Origin: Stegostoma tigrinum
Lineage: Eukaryota
Assembly (NCBI RefSeq): GCF_030684315.1
Contig: NC_081369.1
Span: 9,524,035-9,588,034, forward strand
Length of the DNA stretch: 64,000 bases
Direction: 5' to 3'
The notes under the pieces are model-generated. The model made no database searches. It was not told the origin of the DNA and saw only the letters and a list, made by a program, of their open reading frames with translations. Shown in pieces: positions 47,500 through 60,679 of the stretch (positions are counted from its first letter, which is position 1; every line of letters begins with the position of its first letter). The position numbers were made by a program, and so were the translations under genes.

Positions 47500-48170
47500 A
47501 AAATGTGAAGTTGTTCATTTTGGGATAATGAAAATGTGTATTATAAATACAGAAATAATGGAGAAATCTACAGCGGGGAGGGGTCCAGGTGCTCTGATTC
47601 ACAAATGAAAAATGGTAATGCAAAGATACAGCAAGTATTCAAGACCAATGGAATGGCATCCTTCACTATGAGAAAAAAAGTTAACATTAAAGTAAGCATG
47701 TTATGCATCGGTTACTTAGGGCATTTATAAGACCACATTTCAAATGCAATGTGTAATTTTTGTCTCTTTATTTAAGGGTGTAAGCATGTAAGTACATTGG
47801 AGATGGTTCTGAGGAGATTTAACATATTGACAACTTTCAACGCCGATTGTCCTTTGGGGATATATCGGACAGGCTGGGCTTGTTTCCTCCAGGGTTTAAA
47901 AGAGCGAATGTCACTTTATTAAAGCTAATTCGTTTTTTCCTGGGATGGGGTTGTGTAACTCTGGTAATCTCTGTCTTAGAAATTAGTCACCAGTGTCATT
48001 GCATATATTTTTAAGTGGAGTTAGGTAGATTCTTGTCAGACAAAGAAATCAAATGCAATCGAGAGGAGATAGCATTGTGGAATTTAAAGCAAGGAAACCA
48101 GCCATTAACTTATTGAGAGGTGAAACACATTTGAGGAACTGATTGGGCTTCCGCTACAATTTCATACAAG
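47500..48170 (+). mobile_element. Old CR1 LINE fragment
   Basis: IQQV.KTNGM..F and IRPH...V.F.S motifs, decayed. Confidence 0.6.
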
Positions 48171-50459
48171 TGTACATTCTTATTTTCATACAACATTTGG
48201 AACATCATGAGCTCTTTCGTATCCAGTGCGCAGAATTCAGCTGATTATTCAGCTACTTTGCATTGTGCATCATTTCATGCTCCAGTCATTTACACTTTGT
48301 AGAATTTCATTTTCTTTTTATGTTCAATTGATTAATTTGTACGCAGACTTATAATATCCATGCACATCACTGCCTAGAATCTTCTACCCTTTATTTTCAG
48401 TATGCAGGATCTAATGCTCAATATTTTTAACACATTCAACTATGAATTTCTGTGTCCTCACCAAATTCACACATTCTATTGCATTCAAAAGCTGAATGAT
48501 GCAACTACTTACATTGCTGTGATAAAAATCATATTATGTGATTATGTTAACTTAATATTCAAGCCTAATTAAAATAATTTTTGAACAACATGTTGACCTT
48601 AACAAAGAGTTCAACAAACAGACCACATGGATTTATTTCAGCAGAATAATTAGAAAGGAGATGACAAAAGATTGTTTTCACCCCGAGGCCGGTAAGAATC
48701 TTAATATCACTGCTAGTAAGTGTGGTTGAGACCAGCAACTTACACACTTGAAAAGTCTTTGGATGTCTGTTTTAACACCTATAACCTGCAAGGCAAGTGA
48801 ACACATGCAGGAAGGTGTGATAATGCTAAGGAGCTTCTCGTTGACTGGCACAGACAAGATATGCACTGATGTTTATCAGTTGCTTGAGTCGTGTCTTATG
48901 ACAATACTGCCTGGTTCTTGCCTCCAAACATTAGAACTCACGTTCTCTGGCCATTTACTGTTAATTCATTCTTAACATGACTCCTGAGGGCCTGGTGCCT
49001 TGTAACATAATAATGCTAGCCTCCTGCCTATCCCCGTCACTACTGACCCCAGCAATGCAGTTTTCAACTTGGAATCCTACCTCCTTTTCAATCATTTCAT
49101 CTCCTCTGATGTTATTCAGTGAAACCACTGTGAAAGAGTGGAGAGCTGACTGTACCGCATGAGTTTAGCATGATTCAGTTCAGCTTCAGGCTGAATGCAG
49201 ACAAAACAAACAGTCTTGGGAAAATCATTCAGCTTCATGCTATAGTCATGCTAATAAAGGTCTCTGGTGGAATGGGTTTGGGTAAGTCATGAGGCCTGTA
49301 CCCGAGCCTTGGGGAAGAAAATTGTTCAGCCATAAAAAAAAACTCAACATTTGGAAATTTGCAGATCAAGGTGTCAAAATCTTAAATACAGCTTACTACA
49401 TTTTAAAAAAGCAGGTTCTAAACTAGATATTACTGTATATTATAATGCTAGTGAATCAATTCCCTTCAGCATACATACTGAAGCCATTTGTAATGATGAG
49501 GCTAAGAACTTAATTCATTCACAAAACATATTGTCTTCCCATATCATAAGGAACGTCAAGAGTAATTGCATCTCTCTTTGCTTCTCCACACAGAAAGGTG
49601 ACATGTGGGGATAAGATATTACACGATTAAATTTACTTGAGTAGCATTGCTCTTGACTCAGTGTTGGCAATCAATATCATGTGACACATCAATAATGTGT
49701 GCTGTTATTGTCAATCTTGGCCTTGTTTCCTTTTAAGTGTTTTCATTGAATGGAAAATTTGTCGTTTGGTTACTTTTAGATATGTTGGCGCTGTAAGTAA
49801 ATGAAACCACCTGAAATATTTCAGTTATTGTGTGAAATTAGTAGCATGAGAGATTGTGCAATTCTAATGGTTTTCAAAATGTGTTGTGCAACTGAGCAAT
49901 TGTAGGTCAGATATGAAGCTACTGCTTCCTGCCATTCTACTCCAAAGACTGACTGATAAAAATCACGAAGGCATGTTTCTAACCTCGAAGGGTATGCAAT
50001 AATACTTAGCTTATTGTTTTAATGGAGAAATTTGTCATGTCGTAGCTTAACTTAAGCCCAACATAATTAGGATCTTCTGCATCAAGATTACCAATCTAAC
50101 TTGAATCATCAGCTTATACATTAGACACCGTATAGGGTGCCCAATGAATGTTCCCAACCTCGTTGATCAGTTGCAAATTACTGTAATACTCGGTATATGT
50201 ATTATCAGATGTGTTCATTTTTAGATTGAAGAACAAACAAAACACAATAGAGTACTGAATAGAGTACAATTTTCTGCAACTTAAATAAAAAAAACTCTCG
50301 ATTCTGCAAATCATATGTTAGTTATTTTACATGGAACGTGCCTTCACTTTCACAGAATTGGATTGCACTGTGACGATGCTGAAGTTCAGGCAAATTGAAT
50401 AAGTAAGTAGACAAACAAATAAGTTAATAAGTAAATGTTACAGCAAAATATCTGCAAGT

Positions 50460-50730
50460 GGAGATAATAGGAACTGCAGATGCCAGAGAATCCGAGATAA
50501 CAAGGTAAAGAAATGGATGAACACAGCAGGCCAAGCAGCATCAGAGGAGCAGGGAGGCTGACTTTTTGGGCCTCGACCCTTCATCAGAAAAGGGAGAGGG
50601 AAAGAGGTTTCTGAAATAAATAGGGAGAGAGGGGGAGGCAGATTGAAGATGGATATAGGAGAAGACAAGTGGACTTTGCCCCTGCAGTGGTCGAGAATGC
50701 CCTCGACCGTGTCTCCCGCATTTCCCTCAA
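50460..50730. mobile_element. Penelope terminal repeat joined to a short inverted internal piece
   Basis: GATAATAGGAACTGCAGATG...GACCCTTCATCAG terminus, then GAGAATGCCCTCGACCGTGTCTCCCGCATTTCCC, which matches 10290-10325. Confidence 0.75.
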
Positions 50731-50836
50731 CATATATCGCTGGAAAACTCAGGGTATCATGGGCATTTGATTGGAGCCGTATATTAAGAGGGCAACTGAG
50801 TCCCACATGAAGGCTTGATTCAGAGTGGTCTCTCAC

Positions 50837-51000
50837 CTCTTCCACATATATGGTAATAGAGCTTTGAATAAAGATCACTTATGCTGAGGAACATAGGCTG
50901 TAAGCCTCCTCTTTGGTACTTCTCCATGCAATAGTAGCCATTGGGCAGTCTTCAGTATCTTCAATAATCTGGAAACCCAAACAGTAGCCGTCCATTCCAC
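50837..51000 (-). pseudogene. Possible V-domain 3' relic
   Basis: Frameshifted TATVWVSRL / EDT / GYYCM (YYC at 50928-50936) and SITIYVE ending at a GTGAGA donor. Confidence 0.3.
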
Positions 51001-51821
51001 TTCAAGCAGGTTGGATTAATTAATGGTGGGGCTTACTGCTGATTTGAAAGGTGTGTGTTGAAAACTCCTTGACGTCAATATATCAACAGCCTTCTTCATC
51101 CTGTTTGGAAATGTGTGTTATAATTAACAAAGGAAAAGCTTACATCTGTTGTTAAATTTCCCTTTTTGAAAACACCTTAATATCAGTTTTCTCAGATTTT
51201 AGAATCTAATTTTCTTCAAAGAAAATTGCATTTTCAAATTCTAATTTCTCGGCTACTTGCATACTTCCATACCAAAATACATTTAAGATGAGCAAATTTT
51301 TAACATCCGGAATTAGAGAGACACTTCATGTCTCGAACATATGTGGAAGTTCACTCTGGCCAGAAAATGAAATTTTAAACATAATAATTTAGAAATAGTT
51401 ACCCATGAGTCCTTGCTTAAGCCAAACACAAGACATATTGTACACTAATTTGGGGAAAGAGAAAATAATTTATGCTCTTTCAATTAACTTTACTCCTTCA
51501 ATTAACTTTAATCAACAATGGCCAAATACAAATTTTTACTTTTTTAAAACTTTAACAAAAACATTTTAAATCAAATCATCATCGCAGATGTTTGCATTCA
51601 ACATCTACTGGTAGATCCTTAAAAAGACAGTCCATTAATGGTACATGTTGCACACTGGCACAGGCACACAGCACACTTTCAAATCACTATATATTCTCAA
51701 AATTCAAAGTAAATTCAAAGTATTCACAGATCTTGACCCCCAGGAGACAAAACATACAAATTACACAAGACAACTTTTAACAACCAATAAATGAAAATGC
51801 ATACAAATCATACCACAAAGA

Positions 51822-52385
51822 GCATAGAACATACATCGAACATTACAGCACAGTACAGGCCCTTCGGCCCTCGATGTTGTGCCGACCTGTCATACCAATC
51901 TGAAGCCCATCTAACCTACACTATTCCATGTATGTCCGTATGCTCATCCAATGATGACTTAAATGTACCCAAAGTTGGCGAATCTACTACCGTTGCAGGC
52001 AAAGCGTTCCATTCCCTTACTACTCTCTGAGTAAAGAAACTACCTCTGACATCTGTCCTATATCTTTCACCCCTCAATTTAAAGCTATGCCCCCTCGTGC
52101 TTGCCGTCACCATCCTAGGAAGAAGGCTCTCCCTATCCACTCTATCTAACCCTCTGATTATTTTATATGTTTCAATTAAGTCACCTCTCAACCTTCTTCT
52201 CTCTAATTGAAACAGCCTCAAGTCCCTCAGCCTTTCCTTGTAAGACCTTCCCTCCATACCAGGCAACATCTTAGTGAATCTCCTCTGCACCCTTTCCAAA
52301 GCTTCCACATCCTTCTTATAATGCTGTGACCAGAACTGTACGCAATACTCCAAGTGCGGCCGCACCAGAGTTTTGCACAGCTGCA
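51822..52385 (-). mobile_element. CR1 LINE 3' fragment (young)
   Basis: ORF 51916..52404 LVRPHLEYCVQFWS..DVEALERVQRRF..TRGHSFKL with 3'UTR. Confidence 0.95.
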
Positions 52386-53009
52386 GCAGTGGTAATGCTG
52401 GCACTCACATTCAACTCTGGACAAGAAAGAGTTATTACCTCTGTCAAACACGAACTCTGATCTCTCTCTCTCCCCTTCAAGATTTATAAATATAGAGAAA
52501 ATCACAGTGCAGCTTCACATTCCAAGATAAAAGGGTGACTTTTGTTTTTATTTTCAGTGTTCTCTTTACCAGTGATCCCTCCTTTTTGTTTTGATACAAA
52601 TGGGCCCTTTGGATCATTTGCTATCCCCAAGTTAAAATTATGGGCTGCCCCATGGTAAATTAATAATGTACTAACATGGTACCTTTAACTCGTTTCATCT
52701 CTATATTTCTCACTGTAGCTTTGGGTCTGGTCCTTGAATGCAATCATCCCTTGCAACCTTCTACAACTGTTTTTGCTTCAGTCAAAAGCGTTGTGGCTCC
52801 CTGTTACTATCCTCTTCATCAAGTAATTGATTTATCAGTCTCTGGGGCTTTGTCTTTGTGAACAGCTCCAGGGATCATTAACTAGCTAACACATGACAGA
52901 AAATTTGGCAATGTTGGTCAGTTCCGACAGTCCAAAGCGAGTGGCATAGTTAATATCTTGATCTGTCCATCCTCTGCTCTGTCTTGTTACTACAGATGCT
53001 ATCGGAGCG

Positions 53010-53655
53010 GATGGACATGTGGCATGCTTTCCTTCAACGGACGGGGTATTGAGTACAAGAGTTGGCAGGTCACGTTACAGTTGTATAAGCCTTTGGTTCG
53101 GCCACGTTTAGAGTACTGTGTACAGTTCTGGTCGCCACATTAGCAAAAGGATGTGGATGCTTTGGAGAGGGTGCAGAGGAGGTTCACCAGGATGTTGCCT
53201 GGTATGGAGGGTGCTAGCTATAAAGAGAGATTGAGTAGATTATGATTATTTTCATTAGAAAGACAGAGATTGAGGAGGGACCTGATTGAGGTCTACAAAA
53301 TCATGAGGGGTATAGACAGAGTGGATAGCAAGAAGCTTTTTCCCAGAGTGGGGGACTCAATCACTAGGGGTCATGAGTTCAAAGTGAGGGGAGGAAAGTT
53401 TAAGGGAGATATGCGTGGAAAGTTCTTTATGCAGAGGGTGGTGGGTGCATGGAACGCGTTGCCAGCGGAAGTGGTAGACACAGGCATGTTAGCGTCTTTT
53501 AAGATATATCTGGACAGGTACATGGATGGGTGGGGAGCAAATGGACACAGACCCTTAGAAAATAGATGACAGGCTTGACAGAGGATCTCGATTGGCTCAG
53601 GCTTGGAGGGCCGAAGGGTCTGTTCCTGTGCTGTAATTTTCTTTGTTCTTTGTTG
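53010..53655 (+). mobile_element. CR1 LINE 3' fragment (young)
   Basis: RGIEYKS..LVRPRLEYCVQFWSPH, DLIEVYKIMRGID, 3'UTR and TTTGTTC tail. Confidence 0.95.
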
Positions 53656-53659
53656 TTCT

Positions 53660-55284
53660 TTGTTGATCTGGGTACTCCCCTTTTCTTTCAAAAGGGGCAG
53701 GCACTCCCTTTCCTGTTTATCTTCTTTCGTGTACTGAGCAGAATCACATGCTGAACTTTCTCAAACTACTTTTCCATCACAAGCTTTGCTCTACATTTCA
53801 GGTAAAAAAAACATACATTATTCTGTTCTAAGTAGTGAGCTGGCTTTGTCAATTTTCTATTTTGACATTTTCATGATCTCCAGTGTTACTTTTATTCTCC
53901 TTATCTGTTTAGTATGCTAGATTCGTAACAGTCTTCAAATTATTGTTTTGCTTTTTCATTGCTTCTTCCCCCTCGTGATCTTGTTTAAATACTTCCTCAC
54001 TTTATTCCCCACCCTGTCTAATTTCTTGTGCCGTGTTTCACAGTCCTTCATGTCATTGAGATTATTTTCAGCTTTCTCTGTAAAACCCGTTTATCTCCCT
54101 TTGAAGGTCATCTGTCTTGGCTCGAATCTCCAGCCTTTCCCACTGGCTTTCTGCCAGGTCCTTCAACAGACTGCCTGACAGAGCATTCTGCAAGTTTTTA
54201 TTTGTGACAATCTTCCAAAGGTTTCTCCCGTGGTTTTCCCTTCATCTCTGGCTCAATAAACAGACTCCCTGCATTTTGGCTACTTCCCAATTACACGCAT
54301 TTGGAGGAAGTGCTCTAATGAAAATGCCCAAGTCCCCAGGACTCCGGGGTCCCTTTTGCTTCATCACTCTGGATTAAGTCTGATTCGATTTGCCATTGAC
54401 TCAATGGTCCTCAAATGGAATATTTCTGCCTGAGACAAGTCAAATTACTTAGCCTCAGATTGAAGTTCTCTCTGTGCTTTGCCAATCAGGCCCAACTTGA
54501 GTTCCTGCTGACTCAATGGTCCTTTAGGTCCACTGTCTCTTCCAGAGACAGTTGTTAGTGACAGTGGAATTTAGACTGTTTGTTGTAACTCCTTCTCCTT
54601 CTTCATACCCCTTTGAAGCCCAAGTGAATGTTTCCATTTAGGAGTCGATCTGGATTTGTTGAATCAATGAAACTGCTTCTTCTAGATGGCCCTCACAGGG
54701 ACGCCAATTAATGTTGCTGGGTCACTGCCCTCGAAAAAGTTACTGTCTTGGCATGGAGAGGACAAATGCCAAGTTTGGATCAACTAACTGCTAACTTTAT
54801 TAATTTAGTTAAGCAGGCATGCGATTCACGTGAAATAAAACAGAAATTGCTAGAAAAGCTCGGCAGGTCTGGCAGCGTCTGGAAAGGTAAAAAAAAAGAG
54901 TTAATGTTTCAGGTCCGGTGACCCTTCCTCAGGAGAGTTCGGAGGAAGTATCACCGGACTGGAAATATTAACTTTGTCTTTTCCTTCTCAGACGCTGCCA
55001 GACCTGCTGAGCTTTTCCAGCAATTTCTGCTTTGTTTCCTGATTTACAGCATCCACAGCTCTTTCAGTTTTTATTATGCAATTCACATGGTTTGGTTAAG
55101 AAACCGTTAACAGCAGGCTTGCAATTCATGTAAGGCTAAAATCCAAAAGCACATGCACTAATTTTCCAGTAACGTTGTGTGAATAGTCAATAAAAATAAA
55201 GGCTATTACCCAAGGATCACTGTCCAGGCCACTTCTCTCAAGTCTTCGGGCTATCTTTGTGTTTTCAGCATGGGGCTCACAACA
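53660..55284 (-). mobile_element. LTR retroelement: 5' LTR (54712-55284), tRNA-Asn primer-binding site (54689-54706), decayed gag-side region
   Basis: The LTR begins TGTTG and ends CAACA on the minus strand. Five nt later is TGGCGTCCCTGTGAGGGC, 16/18 identical to the complement of the vertebrate tRNA-Asn(GTT) 3' end as I recall it. The left boundary is uncertain. Confidence 0.6.
54833..55075. mobile_element. Foldback Penelope-terminus element with 14-bp TSD, inserted in an LTR
   Basis: Inverted ~100-bp arms with two hammerhead-type cores. Flanks are ATGCGATTCACGTG (54819) and ATGCAATTCACATG (55076), differing only at CpGs. Confidence 0.8.
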
Positions 55285-58200
55285 TTGAGAAGGTTGATTG
55301 CCAGAGTCTTCACTGACGACATGCCTAAATCATTCATTTTTATTCCTTTTCCTTATCATCTTAAACTGTAGTGTCTTCTCCATGTTGCTTCTTGGCTCAT
55401 CTGATGAGGTAGTGTCTTTCCAACAGCTTCAGCTTGGGGGCCGTGGATGACTCTGGTCGAGTTCAGCCAACATGTGGCGCGACCTTTGCTTCCAGAATCA
55501 CCATGGTCTCCCTAATAATGTACCATCCTCTCCTAAAATCTATTCTGCCCGTGTCTAAAAACATTTCAGTTGTGGTTGTGACAGCCCGTTGGTTTCCCCC
55601 ATCACTACTAGTTGTTTCAGCTTTTCCAGAATCTGGTCTTTCCACATCTGAAGCCTGAATCTTTCAGCTGCGAGAGAGTGTGTATAGAAAATTGAAATCA
55701 TTTCAGATGCTTCCAGTGGCTGTACCACTAGTGGTGTAGCTGCCAGTAGGAGGCGGCGCAATTCACCCACATTTGTAAATTTGCCACCCTGTCAGTATTC
55801 CAATTTGAAATGATACACACTTATTATTAGATCCCACGACTGAATGTGGCCTGAAGCTATGAGCCTTGTCCTCTTTAATTGGACCTAGAAGGGGTTTGTG
55901 ATTGGTTATTATTACAAATTTACATCCATGATGGTATTGATGGAATTTCCTGACTCCAGATATGACTGCCAAATCTCCCTTCTCTATCTGGGCATGTTTA
56001 CACTCTGTATTAGCCAAAGTCCTGGAAGTATACGCTATTGGCCGTTCCTTTCCACTGGACCATCACTGAGCCAATAACACCCGGAGGCCATGCAGAGAGG
56101 CATCGTATGTACATCTCACTTGGAATTATAGTATGCCAACCCCTCAGCGAATGATAGCTATTTCTTCAGTTTTCTGAAAGATTTGACTTGGCCACGTGAC
56201 CATTTCCAAGGCTGATGCTTTTCGGGAATTGATGCGAAGGTGCCAGGATGGAAGCTAGGTTATGTGAACTTTCTGTAATAATTCGCTCGCACAAGGAAAT
56301 ACATAATTTCTTGTACAGCCATGGGGATAGACACATTCAATCATTCTCACATTATCTTCTGATTTCTGTAACCCTGTTTAGGCCACTTAGGGTGCCTGGA
56401 ACACACAGTTTCACTTTCTAATGCATGGACACACCTGGCAAAAATGTCTAAGGAATATGTCCACCTTCCCTGAATGCTCCTGATTGGTCTTCCCCATTGT
56501 GACGTGACATTGACGTAAGTGTCAACTTAGACTGGCTATGCAGTATGTTCTGCATCATCCACAGAAATATTGCACAGGCTGATTGCACCTGAAATGGCAG
56601 TCTCGTATATTGGTCCAACTCTTATCTGTAATATTTGCAGCACACTTCTGGAAATCCTCAGCAAATTGCAACTGCAAGTATGCATGGCTTATGTCCAGGT
56701 TTGTGAATGGCAGTCCCCTACTATCTATATGTATAAATCCTCTGTTTGAGGGAATAGGCATTAAACGCTGCAAATATGTTTATTGTCTGTTTACGATCCC
56801 CATTAAGGTAAATTGATGCATTGGGTTTCAAAATTGATACAACCAATGCTGCCTTTCTGCTAATTGGAGTGGTTTGATGGTTCATTTGCTTTTCAACCTT
56901 CTGCTTTCTGTCTCTACTTTTGCATGTAAGACCAACGGCTCCAGGCAGCCTTGCAGATTTGTGGAGTTTTTCCTGGTCAACATGCAAGGCTGCCTTGGCT
57001 CCTTTGATGGTCCCTAGTATTTCCTGAAAAACGTTCGGGTATTTGATTAGGACTTCACACAGGCAGCAATACGTTGAACCAATCTAAGCGAACCTCTGTC
57101 AACCAATGTCGCCCCATCAAGCGTGGTCCCAAACTTTTTTCTACAATCAGCTGAACCAGCTGCTTCTCATAAGGGACCAGAATTGAAATTGTTCTCTTAA
57201 CCTGTAAAAATTTCCCAGTGTAGTGTTTCAGTGTAGCCGAGGTCTTGTGGAAACGTAAATATTGGAGACCAGAGCAAATTTTGTTCATGTTGGGTTCTGC
57301 AATCACTGAAACAGGCACACTATTATCAACCCCCATTATAATTGGATGATTATTTCAACAGATGTTTATTTTGACTGCTTTCGTTTGCATGTTGCTCAGC
57401 AATTTAACTGTCCCAAACCAGATGTAGGTTGACTTTCAAGGTTACGCACTCTCCTGGATATAGGTGTATGAGTTGCCTTACTCAATTTAGGTCCAGTAGG
57501 ACTGCTTCTCTGTCTCGGGTCTGTATGGCAACAGCAAATTCAATGGCTTGCTGACCCAAAACCTGAGGAAATTTTAAAATTTTGACCAAGGTTTGGCTTT
57601 GATTTGGGGTTTTGCTGTTGGCTGACCTAATGTTCCTCTATTCAGGATATGTCTTGGCTGTGGTTATCCAACTGCCTTGACTTAAATATTCTTCCCCAAG
57701 CTCAGTCAGACTGGCTAGAGTCTCCAATTCCATTGAAATACCTTGCAACACACTTTCTGCATTTTTCAATGAGAAAGCCTGTTGTAGTTTCTCTTTGACG
57801 TCCAGTTAGGCTTCAGTCTCCAGATGCTTTTGAATGGTGGCTTCATTAAACCCACATACAAACCAGTCTCTCGGTGGCTCATGGCTAAATAAACAAGAGC
57901 CACATGCCTCTTCAACCCGTCTTAACCTCGTCAAAAATCCTGAAATAGAATCTCCTTATTTTCGAATTGCTGAATAAAAGCCATCGAATTAGAGGAAGCT
58001 TTGTTTTTTAATATTATTTACCTAAATTGGTAAACTCTTTAAATGTTTTAAGATCTAGTGTCTCAGGGAAAATTAGGCACCTGATAACTGAAAAAATCTG
58101 AGGATCCTCAAGCTGTCAGAAGAATTACTCATTACATTCCATGTCTGAGAAAATAAAACCATTCTTTCTAAATATTTGCTGCAGGTTTCAACAGCAGGGT

Positions 58201-58542
58201 CAAATGACTCATGCTTCACAAATGATGGCCTGATGCCTGAAATTCTTCTCCCAACTCAAAAACATTGCATTCAAATTTCTTCAGGATTGTGTTTTACTAT
58301 CATCACCTCAGAAATAACCCACAGAGGCTAGTATCCCATCACGAGATCACCCTTTATTTACACTTGGAAAGTCTTTGACACTGATTGACTCTCCCAACGC
58401 TAGCCTTCAGAGTAAACAGAACCTCTGATACTCCTGTTTATACCTGTCAGCCAGGGTTCCCTGATCAGTATGATTATCGGCCCCAGTGAGGGAACTCATT
58501 TTTTATGTTGTCCACTTGGACGACCTTTTTACAATCAGTACA
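55285..58542 (-). mobile_element. Decayed Gypsy LTR retrotransposon (5' LTR about 58310-58542, gag, protease, RT, RNase H)
   Basis: SFDPAVE gag start near 58200, VDNSVPVSVI (degenerate protease), FTNLDISHAYLQL (RT) and QIEKGDLAVISGVRKFHQY..ITNHKPLLG (RNase H). The LTR is similar to 21780-21895. Confidence 0.88.
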
Positions 58543-58716
58543 GCTGTCATTTACCAAGAAAAGGAAACAGGTGAAATTTCAAATTGTGTATTTTGTATTG
58601 TACTTCAGAGGCCTTCCAACTTGTTCATCTGTATTCAGAGATAATGGGAACTTTGTTTGGAAATGTTTATCTTAGGGTAAGAATGGAAATAATCAGGTGC
58701 TACTCACCTTCGGCAG

Positions 58717-60679
58717 ATTTTTGAATTTGCCTTTTTGCCAGTGGGTATGCTTATGGGATTTTACTATATTAGAACAGTGAATTTGTAATGGTTACTCTAT
58801 TTATTTCCGTTGAAGTTTCCTTCTTGCAACACAGCAGAAACAATATGCATGCCATTTTCCTTTGTTTGGGCCCGTTTCCCCAAATATATTGAGAAAAATA
58901 CAGTTTCATCGATTTAATACAGGTATTTTGAACCGTTTGGAGCTGAAGACAAAATGTGTTCTGTCAAATGAAATAAAATAAACCCTATTCACACAGAACA
59001 TTACAACCACATACACAGTGGAGAAAAAAGTGTATCAAGGAACAACACAGAGGGATTTCAATTTCATTACAAATAAATCACAAAAAGATAGCATACAAGT
59101 TTAGCAGGTGATAGGGAAGGCAAATAAATTGGTGGCCCTCATTCCAAATGTAATAGAGCATAAAAACGGAGAAATTTTGCCAAAACTATACAAAGCACCT
59201 GTTACTACAATCCTGGAAGACAGTGAACAGTTTTGTTTTAACAAACGTATCTGCACATTGAAATGATGGCAGTGGAGGCAGCCCAGTGAATATTATCCAA
59301 GTTGATCCATATACAGAAGTCCTGTCTTACAAGGAGAGGTTGTGTAGGTTGGGCTGTAACCATTGGAGTTTAAAAGAATGACTGGCAACGTCTTAAAGCA
59401 TGTACAATTCTTAGGGACTTGACAGGATACATGCAAAAAAAGTTGCTTCTCCTCATGAGATAGTCTAAAACTATAGTCTACTTTAACCTCAGAGAAATGG
59501 TTCACTCATTTAAGAAAGTGATAAGGAGAAATTTCTCCTGTCAGAGAGTATTGGATCAATTGAATTGTTCACCATAGAGGGCTGTAGAGGTTGAATTGCT
59601 GAGTATGTTCACGGCTGAAATAGGCAGATTTCTAATCAGTAAGAGTCACAAGGTTGATAGGGAAAAGTTAGAAGAATGAAATTGAAGATGATCAGATGTG
59701 TCACAGACTGTTTGAATAATAGGACAGACTCAATTGGCCGAATCACCTCCATCTGCTCCTAGGTATTATCTCTTATAGTGTTATGGAACAAAGCAACTGA
59801 ACTGATTAAAGCTATTGCCATGTTAATGAGAAAATCAATAAATTTGAACAGGATTTGGAAAATGTAGGATAACAAAACAGTTGGGGAAAACAGTGAAAGT
59901 TTCTCAAATGATGACTAAATCAGAGGAAATGTGGGAGTGGGGTGTAATTAACCTATGCAGAAGGCAAAAACATATCATGTGGATAAAATAGAAAATGATG
60001 AGTGAAAGAGCAAAGGTTTTGGAGCAGTTTTCTTAACCTGAAATAAAAAATTCTGTTAGAGCATTACACAAATGTTTGAAGAAGACAACCTTAAAGCTGA
60101 TCAGCCCATTGAGTATTGGAGCTTGAGCCTACTGTTGGAGGACTGTATGCAGCTCTGGTTGTTCTGCCAAATGAAGCATATTGTTAAATTGATGCAGCAA
60201 CAGAAAATATTTGCAAGTAAGTTCCTGGGCCTGGAGTGTTTGAGTTATAAGGAAAGGCTGGATGTTTTGCACCTCTTACCACTGGAGTATAGGAGATTGA
60301 TGCATGTCCTTAAAGAACTTCATAAAATCATGCGGGGTGTACACAAAGTGAATAGCAATGGTGTTTTTCGTCATGTTGTGGAGTTGAAAACTAGAGGGCA
60401 TAATTTTAACGTGAGAGGAGAAGGATTTAATAGAGAACTGAGTGTTCGTATGTGAAATGAACTGCGAAAGATAGAAGCTGCTGAAGAAGTCAAACCTTTT
60501 TTCCCCTCTCTTGCTTCCTGCTAGAAAGTGGGGTTTCTCTTCATTCTACAAATGTTGCATGTAGGAAAGCCTGATTTTTGAATTTGCCTTTTTGCCAATG
60601 GCTATGGTTATGGGATTTTACTATATTAGAGCAGTGAATTAGTAATGGTTGCTCTATTTATTTTCTGTTAAGTTTTCCA
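58717..60679 (+). repeat. ~105-bp direct repeat pair (58717-58820 and 60572-60679), probably LTR-derived
   Basis: GATTTTTGAATTTGCCTTTTTGCCA..TTATGGGATTTTACTATATTAGA..CAGTGAATT..TAATGGTT..CTCTATTTATTT in both copies. Confidence 0.8.
59090..60470 (+). mobile_element. Two old CR1 LINE fragments (about 59090-59770 and 60090-60470)
   Basis: LSYKERLD.L.L..LEYRRL..KTRGHNF.VRG in ORF 60072..60455; a similar decayed motif set lies upstream. Confidence 0.75.

Noticed and set aside
48680-49060. Scattered minus-strand fragments (LALLC, FTC) that might be a C domain partnering the 50.9-kb V relic
   Set aside because: The motifs are in different frames with inconsistent spacing; not supportable by eye.
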